In this document: piece by piece, positions 1 through 13,126 of the stretch
How positions within the stretch are numbered: the first letter of the stretch is position 1
How the letters are laid out: the number at the start of each line of letters is the position of its first letter
Assembly (NCBI RefSeq): GCF_001194135.2
Contig: NC_069002.1
Coordinates: forward strand, 17,009,423 to 17,073,422
Source: Octopus bimaculoides
Lineage: Eukaryota
Reading direction: 5' to 3'
DNA length: 64,000 bases
Program-made: the position numbers and the translations under genes
Notes under the pieces: generated by a model
The model's database searches: none
Seen by the model: only the letters and a program-made list of their open reading frames with translations
What the model was told of the DNA's origin: nothing

Positions 1-1257
1 GATATATATATTGAGATATATATATATGTATATATACACATGTATATAACATATATACATTTATACATATATATATAGAGAGAGAGAGAGATGTATATAT
101 ATATGTATACATATAAATGGTAATACTTTATATTTTATATTATCGTTTAAAGAGTTATATATTTAGCTTTAATCGTAACAAGTTTTTTTATGATAATTGG
201 TAATTACAGGTATTCTTTTATTAGCTCCTAATTATTAGGATATTTTAAGGGTAACGAATAATTAATACGTGTGTAATGTTTTAATTATAAACTTTTAGGT
301 TATGAAATAGTGTAATTCACTCAGAGTTAGTTATATTATTAGTTAGGTTCAATCGAATTTCTTTTTGTTTTAGAAAGAATAGTATATAAAAGTTTTCACT
401 TCTATATTAATAACTATGGAAGAGTGGTGGGAATATTATCTGCATGGACTTCAGGGGCTAGGTTGGTATTTAGTTAGATAATTTAGGAATTAGTTATAGG
501 TTTACTATTGAATGTATTTACTGATACTATTTTTATACATAAGGTAAATGTGGTTCTTTGTTGTAATTTAATTAATAATGTTACTGTTTAATCCTTCCTA
601 GAATTAAGATTAAATGAATGTGGTGCTATATATAGTATGTTTGTTCCCAATCAACACTTATTTTAGTGCTGTTGACACCGTCAGATTGAATGGTACTGCC
701 CAGGTGTCGAAACCATAGTGATATCCGTGGGACAGCTGATGATGGAGGTATGTTGGATTGTTGGTATGGCTGTTATTGTATGTGCGGAATAGCTTTTTCT
801 ATTGTCTTGGCTCAACAGCACTCACCGTTTGTTTTTACTGTCTTGTTCTCACTGTCCTGTTCTTGTTAACACTTTCACCCTCCGCAAAAAATCCCCAATT
901 TTATTTAATTTGCTTTGTAGGAAGGACTGTTTCAACGAAGTCGTGTATTATCCTTGCCTTCGAAACGCGTAGTAATTGAAACATGGACAACTGACGAAGG
1001 GGTATACTCTTTATGTTGCATGTCTCGTTTCTCTGTTTGTTTTTTTCGTTGTTCGCAAAGAAGTTCGTTTTCTATGATTTGTTTTTATGTTTTCGTTTTT
1101 CATTGTGTTCAACGTTTTTTTAATGTCTTGTACCCATATACGCATGTATATATACATATATATGTAGGTATGTACATATATGTATGGATATATGCATATA
1201 TTTATATATTATTTATATTATTATATGATCGAACGTTACGCATCCTTTTCCAAGTAA

Positions 1258-1296
<39 letters not shown>

Positions 1297-2111
1297 GGAT
1301 TGGTGATAACTAAGTATTTAACTAGTGAAAGCACCAAGGTAGGGTCGGTTATAGCGTGACTGTGTCCAAACGATGTATAATGACAAACACGTATTCACTA
1401 AAGTAGACACGGGTTTGTTCCTCTAGTTAGGCATACATTCACAAGTGGCTGACTGAATATACAACGTACCACCAAAGTTACACATGGGTAGACTCACTGC
1501 ACGTATTGCACCGTCGTCTATAGACCCCAAATTCAAACGAACTGAAAGTTCCAAGTTAGGTGAACAATAAATAACAACAGATGGGTTGTGGTTCGCTACA
1601 GCTGTTTCAGACGTGTTTTTTTTTATTGATGAACAGAAATGCTACACATGCAAAAAACTGTTTTTATCGGGTGAAGATAAAACGGTTTTTTGCATGATGT
1701 AACAGTTTTGTTCGTCAATAAAAACACGTCTGAATTAGCTGTAGTGAACCACAATCAATCTGTTGTTTTGTGTGTGTGTGTGTGTGTGTGTGTNNNNNNN
1801 NNNNNNNNNNNNNNNNNNNNNNNNNNNNNNNNNNNNNNNNNNNNNNNNNNNNNNNNNNNNNNNNNNNNNNNNNNNNNNNNNNNNNNNNNNNNNNNNNNNN
1901 NNNNNNNNNNNNNNNNNNNNNNNNNNNNNNNNNNNNNNNNNNNNNNNNNNNNNNNNNNNNNNNNNNNNNNNNNNNNNNNNNNNNNNNNNNNNNNNNNNNN
2001 NNNNNNNNNNNNNNNNNNNNNNNNNNNNNNNNNNNNNNNNNNNNNNNNNNNNNNNNNNNNNNNNNNNNNNNNNNNNNNNNNNNNNNNNNNNNNNNNNNNN
2101 NNNNNNNNNNN

Positions 2112-2174
<63 letters not shown>

Positions 2175-3125
2175 AAATGCTTTCCGAAATAAACATAGAC
2201 TCCAAGGAAGCTATGATTCACAAGCATTCAGCTCTGAGTGCACTGTTTCTTGTAGCAGAAGCAACTATAAGCTAATAATGTTGATTACGTAATTCCCATT
2301 CTCTTGTCATTCAGTTAAACTGAGTGCATGCGCGCCTCTGTGTCTGTGTGAGTAAATCTATGTATGTAAATGGTGGACTGTATATGTATTTGAGTGTATG
2401 TTTGACTATTTGTTTGTTTACATTTTCGCTTTTCTGAATATCGCGAGCAACAAAACGGTGATGTCATTTCTCATGTCAAAAAAGCATCCGCTGGTTTTTC
2501 GCTTTCGAAGGTGCGTGAGATAAGAGATCCCTTTTTGGAAAGCAGGTAAGGGTTGGGGACAGGGACAGTATCCGGCTGTAAAGCAATGTCTCAGTAAAAT
2601 ATTTGTCTAACTCATGCTAACATGGAAAGACCGAAAGTAATAATAAATGAACGAACCACACACACACAAGTTCTTTTAGAGAATCCTGAAATGTGAGAAC
2701 AGAGAAATTTGAACCATTCTCCCGGCATCATAAAAAACAACATTGAAGCAACCATTGTTTGATTTTGTATACGTATTAGATCAGAAGTAGTTTGCTGGAA
2801 GACAGTTTGACCTCATGGAAGAGCGTCTCAGGTTAATATTATTATTTTTGTTGTTTATGTGTTTTCGTGTTTCGATATCCAATAATTCCATTTTTGCTTC
2901 CAATAACTGTCAATAGTTCAATGACGAAGAATTAAACTATTTAATCTAGTCTTTATACATCAAATTTATATCCTTCTATAGACTAACTATTACCACCCAT
3001 TGGACACTTTCCCTCCCATATCATCTTCTCGGTTTTATCTCTTCAGTTTTCCTGTGCATCGTGACGAAAACTGCGTATTCCAATTTCTAATACAATTGCA
3101 TAGTTTCTACCACTCCTCTCCCCCC

Positions 3126-3163
<38 letters not shown>

Positions 3164-3484
3164 TTCGTTCCCTCCCTCTCTCCTCTCTCCCTTTCACACA
3201 CACACACACACGCACACTAGTTTCACAAATTATTCTGACACTGTTAACTCTTGAAAGGTTAATTGTTTACAATACCTTCAAATGAATACAGTTCGTTAAT
3301 CATTACCAATTAAGTTATAATTAAAATTTACCACATCACGATGTGGGGGGTTTTTTTTCCTCTACGAAAATGGAAAAGTCTTTTGATATAATCCTGTCAG
3401 CGTCTTTCAGTCCAATCAACAAATTTGACATTGCTGTTTAATTCATTAATTTAAAATAACCACAGTTAGGTTTAATTTACTGGG

Positions 3485-3533
<49 letters not shown>

Positions 3534-4189
3534 AACTTTATCTACACCATTCCAAACATTCACTGTTTCGGTATCAGATTCTTCAGATGAGGTCTTCGAT
3601 GACATTTCGTTTTCCAGTTCTTCAATGTTTTGGATAGATTAATCTGTTTCCATCGTCGTCGTCGTTGTTGGTGTTGCTGTCGTTGTTGTCAAGATCCAAG
3701 TCAGTCCTGAGCTGCTCCAGCCTTGATTATTCCATCATTCTCTTGGGCATCAAGTATATTATCTAAGAAGTGACCTTACTCATTTTTGAAGATGGTTATT
3801 TACGGGAGATGTAACTGCTATTTCTAGCCAAGTAGGAACCGCATAGAGACTCTTTTAATGACTTAACTATTGTTAGAGTTGTTGTTTAACCTCAGGTCAG
3901 CCTTAAACTCTTTAGACCTATAACCAAACGCGTTCCAGTTGTGAGCTTCTCGTCTTTGTCGCTATCAAAGAATACGCTGTCCAATGCATTGTTCATTATT
4001 TATGATACTGAAGTGTGTTTGAAAGAGACTTGCTTGCTATTTCTAAGTCAAGTACCCGCACAGTGTTTTCCTAGTCAACCCAAATCGAAAAAATTCAAGA
4101 TCAAATATGCTCCATTTTTCTAAGATCGCATCATATGTGTCCTTCCTTTTTTCATTTTTTTAAAACCGAAGGGTTAGATTTGAAGACGG

Positions 4190-4460
4190 AAGCATATGCT
4201 TTCGACACTTCTCATTGGCTAATCCCACCATCACAGCGCGTCTTTTAATTATAGTAGAATCACAACCAGTAAATCACAACCATCAGAGCGCGAAACGCTC
4301 CTCACCAACGTCGGTTCGTGAGATGGTTGTGATCTGTAAACAGTTTTGAGTAGGAACTGGAAAAAGAGGTATAAACAAGCAATGCGCATGTGCACGCTGA
4401 ATTCGTAAAATGGAGAAAAGGATAAAAAAACGCAATGGGCATGTTTAAATAAAGCGGAAG
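4190..4460. promoter_or_regulatory. Possible promoter-like CpG-enriched patch
   Basis: ATTGG (reverse CCAAT), several GCGCG and a TGCGCATGTGCA (NRF1-like) site in an AT-rich background. No linked exon found. Confidence 0.2.
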
Positions 4461-6956
4461 AGAAGACTAAAACAAGTTATATGATGGTCTGCATGCCACG
4501 TTCGACATCACTATCACACAGCTTTGCCGCAATTCTTTTGTTTTTGTTATGTTATGGCTAAAAAATCAAACACAAGTAAATTAAGTGGCATGATAATACT
4601 AGTTAGAGTACTCAATTTTTATAAGTATTTAGTTCAAAGTCTCGTTTTAAAGAAATATCTTCCTTTGGAACTGGCTACGACTTCGGAATATCGTGAGGAT
4701 TAGAAGTTTAACCTCGAACAAAAATGAAGACATGGCCACACTTGGCTTCTAACTGTATTTGACTAGCAGCAATGTATTAGACTAGCCTTGCACATCATCG
4801 TCATCACAATCACCATCTAACGTCCGCTTAACTTGCTGGCATAAGTCAGATGGTTTGACAGAAACCGGCGAATAACAGCGCTTCGTCGAGTTCCAGTGTT
4901 ACTTTTACATGATTTTCACAGCTGGATGTTCTTTCTAACGCCAACCACTTTACAAAGTGTACTGGGCGCTTTCTTCTTTTCTTTCTTCTTTTTTTTTTTT
5001 TTGCACCGGAACTGTTGATTACTAAGAATTGTTGCATTCAAGCATTTCAAAACACGATCAGATTAAGCTTCATAAAAATACGCAATAAATATGAAAATAA
5101 TTAAATGTAGAACCTAAAATATAATTTTGCTCTTGCATCTTTTTTTTTTATTTTCTGAGAAAATATGTATAGATTAAACTATTAGTACTAATTTAGCTAA
5201 TTACTCTAAATGAATTATTTTCCTAAACAGTAATTTTTTGCCGTGTGTAGTCTTTGGAAATATTACGATATCGTTAGTTTTTGTAAGAATATAGAAAATA
5301 GCAGCAAAAATCACTTAACTTGCAANNNNNNNNNNNNNNNNNNNNNNNNNNNNNNNNNNNNNNNNNNNNNNNNNNNNNNNNNNNNNNNNNNNNNNNNNNN
5401 NNNNNNNNNNNNNNNNNNNNNNNNNNNNNNNNNNNNNNNNNNNNNNNNNNNNNNNNNNNNNNNNNNNNNNNNNNNNNNNNNNNNNNNNNNNNNNNNNNNN
5501 NNNNNNNNNNNNNNNNNNNNNNNNNNNNNNNNNNNNNNNNNNNNNNNNNNNNNNNNNNNNNNNNNNNNNNNNNNNNNNNNNNNNNNNNNNNNNNNNNNNN
5601 NNNNNNNNNNNNNNNNNNNNNNNNNNNNNNNNNNNNNNNNNNNNNNNNNNNNNNNNNNNNNNNNNNNNNNNNNNNNNNNNNNNNNNNNNNNNNNNNNNNN
5701 NNNNNNNNNNNNNNNNNNNNNNNNNNNNNNNNNNNNNNNNNNNNNNNNNNNNNNNNNNNNNNNNNNNACTTCTAAACTAATTTCAGTGAGGATTTGAAAA
5801 CTGGTCTTGTTTTACGAAGCAAGTAAAGAAAACTTTTGAATTTAGTTTTAATTATAAAATTATATCTCTCAACAGCTAAAAGCATTCTTTTTCAGCTTTA
5901 GAATTATTGCATATATATTCAAATGTTTCATTAAATCGAACCTTTTTTCATTTTTTTTATTTTTTCATATATTTTTCGTTATGGAAGTGGGGCAAAATTG
6001 GTAACTGTGTCAAAATGAATAACTTCTGATTTGTTATTTTTTCGCATTTCGTACCATTGCATCATCTTTGGAAGTAAAATTTGGTCAGTATAGTTTACAT
6101 ACTTGTTGTTGAAGTCGTGAGTTTGAAACATAGGTGACAGGTACTATTTTCAAGAAATTTTTCCTCAAATCTGACCCGATTGTAATTGAAGTAGCTAATA
6201 AAATATCTGGATAATTTTTGGTGAAGCTATAGAGAATATTTTGTTAAGTTTTTAGGTTTAGGCCATAAATTTGTGAGAAAAGGGTTAGTGAATTTCATCA
6301 ATACTCCCCCATCCCTCCAGTAAATGACTGGTACCTTATTTTATTGACCCCTGATAAAACTTCGGGGTTGAAACTTCTACTGATTCATCTAAGACCTCAA
6401 ATTAGCTGAGTCAGTAGAACATTGGACAGAATACCCTGCGATATTTGTTCCGACTGTCTGCACTATGAGTTCAAATCCTTTGAACTTTGCTTTTCATCCT
6501 AGCTGTATTGGCATTCTCCTTCCTCTTAAGAGAAAATCGGTGACGCAGAGAAGACAGAGTTTCATTAATCGGCAACTAATAGTCTTTATAGAAAAAATTG
6601 TTAGGACCTGTCCCATTGAGGGTAACTTTCAAGGTATAGGCATCCTCAAGAGACATATGAATTATCATTATCATTATCACAGCTAATACTCTGAGTTTCG
6701 GTGAGTCACTCAAAATGGCAACAATTACCATGTGAAGGTTGATGCGAAAGAGAACCTGCACCAATGAATTGAATAGGGTAAGTAATAGGGTAAGTAAATT
6801 AGCGCATAAATTTCAGAACTGATTAAGTGATATGATGTAAAATTGTAGCTGTTGTTCAGCTGTAGATCAACCAGGATGAGGTACACCTATAATTAAAAAC
6901 GTTCCAGCCATGACCATCTCGTGTTTTAAAAGAAACTATATTATCTACTGTGTCTC

Positions 6957-7262
6957 GCACGGTTCAGTTGGTTGGACTCACAATCATGAGGTAGTGAGTT
7001 CAATTCCCGGACCGGGCTGTTCTTGAGCAAGGCACCTTATTTTACGTTGCTCCAATTCACTCAGCTGTAGAAATTAGTTGCGACGTGGTGCCAAGCTGAA
7101 TCGGCCTTTGCTTTCCCTTGGATAACATCGGTGGCGTGGAGATACATGGGTGACTGCTGGTCTTCCATAAACAACTTTGCCCGGACTTGTGTCTCGGAGA
7201 GTAACTTTCTAGGTGCAATCTCATGGTCATTCATGATCAAAGGAGGGTAGCGGTCTTTACCC
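6957..7262 (+). mobile_element. tRNA-derived SINE, family B
   Basis: B-box-like gagttcaattcc and body ttgagcaaggcac...cagctgtagaaa...ctaggtgcaatc. Homologous copies at 54145-54478 (+) and 63057-63372 (-), with a tail fragment at 8170-8222 (-). Confidence 0.8.
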
Positions 7263-7475
7263 TATTTACAGACGGTAAGGGATGGTTTGAGGGAAATTTA
7301 GCTGATATTTCTATCGGGTTGAGCGATCCCATAGAGCTACTGGCTTTGGTCCATAGAATTATAGTACTATATATCTATCTCTGTCTTTGAGAGAGATACT
7401 TCTGGTATGGCTTGTAATTTAAGAGACGTGTCACACTTCTCGTGATATATCAAATAAGAAGAGGCAGAGAGATAA

Positions 7476-7779
7476 GTGGAGAGAGCTGAAGATGTGACAA
7501 CAACACGGATATATACACTCACTTATACTCTCTCTCTCCCTCTATGTCTCCCCCTTTCTCTTCCTCACTCTCTTACACACACACATGCACTCTCTCATAT
7601 TAACGCACATATACATATTCCCACATGCACATACACACTCTCTCTACCTCAACATACATCCAAACACTCGAGACAACCATATCCACCCACACCGACACTT
7701 CGACACCCCACTCTCTCTCTCTCTCTCCCCCGCTTCCTACATATGCGCTCAAATGCTCGAACTCACTCTCACAAACTTA

Positions 7780-7819
<40 letters not shown>

Positions 7820-8090
7820 CACACAAGTATCTCACATCGATATTTACATACACTCACACATTTTCTCACTCTCTGTCTAGCTATCTCTTTCCAAGCACAC
7901 ACGCACGTACGCATAGACACACACTGTGGTGGATTAAATGAAAATAACACAAAATAAAATCAAGAGCTTTCGTATCTTCATTGAAATATCTTTCAGCTGA
8001 CAATAATCTCGGCTTACACACACACACACACACACACATACATACACACACACTCACATATACATGCATTTGTGTGTGTGTGTTTGTGTG
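7476..8090. repeat. CA/TC-rich low-complexity and microsatellite tract
   Basis: Directly visible. Similar (TA)n, (TG)n, (GA)n, (AAT)n, (GAT)n and (GATA)n tracts occur at 1-120, 1768-2172, 3481-3532, 15746-15817, 20390-21180, 46700-47060 and 61660-61790. Confidence 0.95.
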
Positions 8091-8416
8091 TGCGTGGCTC
8101 TGTGCAAATGCGATTGAGTCTAATGGTTTTTCGTGTTTTCACTAATGATCTTTGGCAAATTGTATCTCTATGTTAGGATAAAGACCCCCTTCGGTCATGA
8201 ATGACCATGGGATTGCACCTAGNNNNNNNNNNNNNNNNNNNNNNNNNNNNNNNNNNNNNNNNNNNNNNNNNNNNNNNNNNNNNNNNNNNNNNNNNNNNNN
8301 NNNNNNNNNNNNNNNNNNNNNNNNNNNNNNNNNNNNNNNNNNNNNNNNNNNNNNNNNNNNNNNNNNNNNNNNNNNNNNNNNNNNNNNNNNNNNNNNNNNN
8401 NNNNNNNNNNNNNNNC

Positions 8417-8752
8417 ATAGCCATGTGTTGAGAGGAATTCTTTGGGGTTTGAATAATTCACCTTTGGAAACATGGGTGTTTTGCTCAACATCCTTAAACA
8501 AACCTTATTCAGGGACCTTTTGAGTGGGATGGGCTACTCGATCTGAAGAAAATTCTAACTGGGCCCCACCTGCGAAGTCATACGCTGTTTATCTTTATAT
8601 GAGATCACCATGTCGCGCACATATGGTTGTGATGCATGTGCCTGGTGTACCCTTATCAGACGGGTAGTCATGATGGGTATACTGGGCTTCGGATATTTTA
8701 CCCCAGTGTCATTTTGATGGCATGCACTGCTCTCTCACTCAATAATAATAAT
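8417..8752 (+). mobile_element. Interspersed repeat 3' end with (AAT)n tail (LINE tail or SINE)
   Basis: Partial homologues at 42700-42850 and 43350-43420. Ends ctgctctctcactcaataataataat. Confidence 0.65.
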
Positions 8753-8756
8753 GATT

Positions 8757-10130
8757 TCATTTATTTGTCTCAAGGATAAATGATGAAGGGGGCAATACAA
8801 AGACATACATAAAGTGTTGGGGTTTACATAGAATGAAATGATAAAAAAATAAATAAAATGAAAAAGAAAGTGAAAGAAAGAGAGAAAGTAAGTATTCACA
8901 GCATACACTGAAAAAGAAGGGACATATGCATAGCATACAAAGGTTTAAAAAATAAGTGGCGGGGAGGATGATAGAGATGTGGTCCTGATACAGGAAGGCC
9001 TCTAGGGATAATCGAGGAACCCAACTGTCCGAGTTTTCCCTAAAACCCCACATATGCAAACATATGTATCCATATACATTTAGCTGAGCTAAATCTAATG
9101 GAGTCAAATTTAATGGCTCTTTTTAGGGCGTACCACCAGTTGTTAAGGATGGATCCTGTCAATGCCATTTGCACTAGATCTCTAATCCAGTCTCTGTAGG
9201 CTTTGCCCGCCAGGAGTGACGTATTCAACTTCCAGAAACCGAGGCTTTTTCTGCAGAATCTATCTAAGTCAAGCTTACAGATCACAAATTTGTGATCCGT
9301 GTAGCTGACGATATGAAATAGTGGGCAACTAACATTAATTCTATCTGCTAGCCTAATAAAAGCTTTATCTAAGTAATATCTGATGCTGTTAGTCCATGTT
9401 CACATTGGAGTATTCGGGTAATCCATTCTAAACCTGTCAGCCAGCTGGAAGCGACTGAGTAGGTTAGCGAGGCATGGGTTCCATTTTCTTTCTGAATTCG
9501 AGCCAACACAAGCTGCACGTGCATCTAGGACTGTGTTAAAGTCCCCTACTAATACTGAAGTGTGTGACGTACCAAGGAAGGTCAATAGATGCCTGAAGTA
9601 GTCTGACTGTCCAGTGTCATTTGGTGCATAGACAGTGACCAGTCTGAAGGCACTACCACTGCTATGGTTCACGTTAAGGACAACCAACTTGCCCTCTGGG
9701 TCCACAAAGATTGTTCTGCTCTCTAAATCCAGATATTTTCTGAATAAGACCGCAGTTCTCCCCACCCTCACCTAAGAAAATTGAACATGCATCAAAAGAA
9801 AGCATAGAAAAATGTCTACAACGAATATGGAGCAGCACTACCTATGTGGCGAGAGGAGAAAAATACGGCACTTTGGATGTTGGGTTTGCGTCCGAAAAAG
9901 AAGCAGAAAACACTCCACAGTGCCTCTAAAGTCATCAGAGCTGCTATTATTACCCACTTACTTGGGCAAGAGAGCCTCAAAAATAGGGAAGGTCCCACCA
10001 GAGATTGATGTTGTGTGGCTAGTAGCGGCAGTCCTGTTGGACCTAGAAAATAAAATATCTATTCTGCAAGTCACCAAACTACAAGAAATATTCAAGCAAT
10101 ATTCTTTACGATAAAGTAAACAAACAGGGT
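8757..10130 (-). mobile_element. L1/Tx1-clade LINE relic: APE endonuclease plus 3' end, RT missing
   Basis: ORF 9400..9771 contains VYAPN, VLVGDFN and DRFRMDYP, followed by WWYALKRAIK and a 3' UTR ending aataaatgaaat. Confidence 0.85.
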
Positions 10131-10289
10131 GTGTGTTGCGCTACATGGTTGTATCAAAGGTTGAACAGAAAGAACACGAGAAAAAGTTAGACGAAAGCAG
10201 AGCAAATATTTGCAGCTGAGTTTCCCTCGTCAGTCAATGACCCAAGATATTATAGTGGTTTCGCGCCATTACCATTGAGACCACTCAAT

Positions 10290-10335
<46 letters not shown>

Positions 10336-10582
10336 TGTATAGGTAAGCAGAGTTAGCGGTTGTGTAACCGACTAAGGGATAACAGTATCAATTACCTGTG
10401 CTATCCCTGGGCATGGGTATGCAGGCACACTATGCTCGTAGGATACAGGTAACAATAGAATAAACAAAAGTTAATCAAAAATCAAATTCAAATAATCAGA
10501 AAATGGAGAAAAATTTTGATCAACAAACAAAAAAATTGAGCCATATCGGTAGATTATTTTTGTAATACAAGACATGACATAA

Positions 10583-10704
10583 CATTTCTTACGGCCGTTT
10601 CCGCTTCCAATGTTAGTCGGTGCTTACAAAAGAAATTCCGAAAATAATATTTGTCATCTTCATAGCACCTTCGATCTAGTACATGGAGCTTCATCAGAGT
10701 GAAT
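10583..10704 (-). ncRNA. Type I hammerhead-like motif with about 90-nt helix II
   Basis: CU-CUGAUGA-A-GCUCCAUG...CAUUGGAAGC-G-GAA-ACGGCCGU-A-AG. Helix III is the 8-nt palindrome ACGGCCGU; helix I is weak (2 contiguous bp). Confidence 0.55.
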
Positions 10705-11940
10705 ACCAATACGTAAAATAAAATAAACGGAGGGAATAGGGAAAAGGAAAGAACAGGGCCTCGAGAAGAGGCCAGAAGGCTCAATATATTAAAATCATAC
10801 CATCATATAGCGTGGAGTTTAAAGTCGATAGGCAAAAAGTGTGAACTAGCAGTGGTCTAGGGAAATATTTACGGGTTATTTCTATATTTAAGGGGGAACC
10901 AGGTTGTTTGAATAGTAGTAAAATGAAGTTAGTGCTAAAATAAGACAAGAATTACCAATATGTCTAGAAAAAGAATAGTACTTATGATATCGTAAATAGG
11001 ACTAGTTAATATTTATCCAAAAACAAAACTGTAGGGTTCTTATAACGGTGTACCTACTAAAATATTATAGAGACCACCACCTGTTGTCCGCAATGGAATT
11101 GACCAAAGTCTATCCACCTCTACAATTGGTCAATTATATTTAAACCAAGGGCAAAAGTTAAGACCGTTACAGGGGATATGTAAATAAAGAAGAAAGCGAA
11201 CTAGTAAATAAAGGGTGCGGGAGAGAAGACTGTGATATAAGTGGCTCGAGGCCGCTTATGGCCTTCTGCAACTTCTCGGCATAACATAAATAAGAATAAA
11301 ATAAATAGATAAAATACTATCAAACTGCTGTCGTTTTCTTTTATAGTTAAGGGGAGATAACTAGTACAAGAGGTTCATGCGAGTGGAAATAACCAAAAAA
11401 AAATGCTAAATCTTACATCCTAGATAGCCAGTAAAATTCCAAGTGATGGTAATAATGGACGAACGATTAAATCTGTACACGTTCTTAAGTAAATTCTGCC
11501 CCATAGGTACACGAAAAGGCAAGTGTACTAATATCCCCTGGGAAGTCAGCTACTGCAGTGTCCAAGTACAGGTCTATGCAATCTAGAGTGGGGAAATATA
11601 ACATTGAGTTCATTAAATTAAATTCTACAGGGAGGTAACGTTGTTCCTAAGTGGGTAGGACTAGAAGGGTCTACTTAAGTGGAGGTAGAGCAATATGCTG
11701 GTAGAAAAATTAAGTCCAGATTACAACAAGTGAAAAACAAGCTCATCCTTGGTATAAAAGGTACAGGAAAATAAAAATAAAATTAAATTAAGTTAAAATT
11801 AAAATTAGTTACTAGGGGTCTTAACATTGGGGTTAAATAACTATGTCCTCTCTGTTCTCAATTAGGTTCATGATTGAAATATCTAGCATTTGCTTAAGGG
11901 GGTTGGTGGGTTATATTAAGGAGAAATAGCTTAATAAGCA

Positions 11941-12883
11941 TGTAGTGAAACCACCTCTCTCACGGTTTTTCCAAACAAATGCGAGCGTAGCAGAAAATAA
12001 CTCTTTCCCGGCTTGCTGTTGTCCATCACCTTACTGACTATTATTTGAGCGGCAATTGTCTCCAGTCCGTTCGCCCCAGGACGCAAACCGACCAACCGTA
12101 GCCACTAATGAGGTCACGTGATAGAGTGTTTTTCAGATGCTCTCTGGAGCCTATCTGTATCTATAAATAGCCTAAATTATCCCCGCCAATTTGTCGCGGC
12201 TCAGATCCTCACAGATCTGGTCGTTGACCACACGCGTAACACAACCAGCCAGTTCCAGCGACGACATCAACAGCATCGTTCAACTACGTACTACAAGCAT
12301 CGCCCCCAACGTCGCCAGCAGCAACACGACTCTACGTACACAAGCTACCAAACAGCCACCGCAGCTTCTCCAAGCCTGTTTGTGTGAATCACCTCACCAC
12401 GAAATTAACAGCCAGAACTCAACCTGCGAAGAACATCTGTATTCAAGAATCCGGCCCGGCATCGAAGCCCCAACTTCACGACGAGTGACTTAGCTCTGCC
12501 TAACGCCTCAACCTCTTATATACAGACACTAACTACTGTGTACCCTAACTAAGAACTGGTATATTCTTATCCGTGTTACTGACTCTTATCTATACTCTGT
12601 AACTCTTACATACTCATACACTATCTTGTTTACATGACGGCCAGTCTTATATTGTGTTTTATTATGTCGCATCCACACACACAGACATACAGTTTAATGC
12701 TCCAATAAATCATACTGTTATACATCTTTATCGGTTGCGTTTCTATCTGTCCTTGCTGGCGAATTCTCTATGTTATAGTATTATAACATATATATTTTTG
12801 TGTCGACCGTGCGACGCGTTAAAAAAGGAGCCTGTTTTCCATTCGTCATCATTTCTCCTTTGGTTCGCACGGTCGTTCTTACA
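11941..12883 (+). mobile_element. Solo LTR (943 bp)
   Basis: Starts TGTA and ends TACA. Flanks AGCA/AGTA form a 4-bp TSD with one transition. TATAAATA near 12162, AATAAA at 12704-12709. A relative lies at 62405-62831. Confidence 0.7.
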
Positions 12884-13088
12884 AGTATAAGTTGTTATGG
12901 GTGAGGAGTGGGATCTAAACTCGGAATTTTGATGAAGAGATAAGGGTATTGTTATAGAAACACCTGCAAGGGTCCCGGTATGTACTACTAGCAAACTATC
13001 TTTAATTAAGGAGTATATATATGGCCTTCAAATTAATATCATGGGCTACTATTTCTATGGTGAGGGGTTCTAGGTACTATTTTGGGGT

Positions 13089-13124
<36 letters not shown>

Positions 13125-13126
<2 letters not shown>

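Larger units (their letters stand above)
10342..13092 (-). mobile_element. Unclassified decayed element carrying a 3' hammerhead motif (possible PLE relic), split by a solo LTR
   Basis: Stop-rich, TA-rich sequence of similar composition on both sides of the LTR, with the hammerhead at its distal end. No convincing ORF. Confidence 0.35.

Noticed and set aside
120-660. AT-rich stretch resembling a mitochondrial insertion (also 10780-11940 and 12884-13090)
   Set aside because: Manual translation gave no COX, ATP or NADH motifs. Decayed retroelement sequence is more likely.
3557-3590. Hammerhead-like CUGAAGA...GAAACAGU on the minus strand
   Set aside because: No G10.1-C11.1 helix II, position 17 is G and helix III is not palindromic. 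It can equally be explained as acidic codons (SEESDTET).
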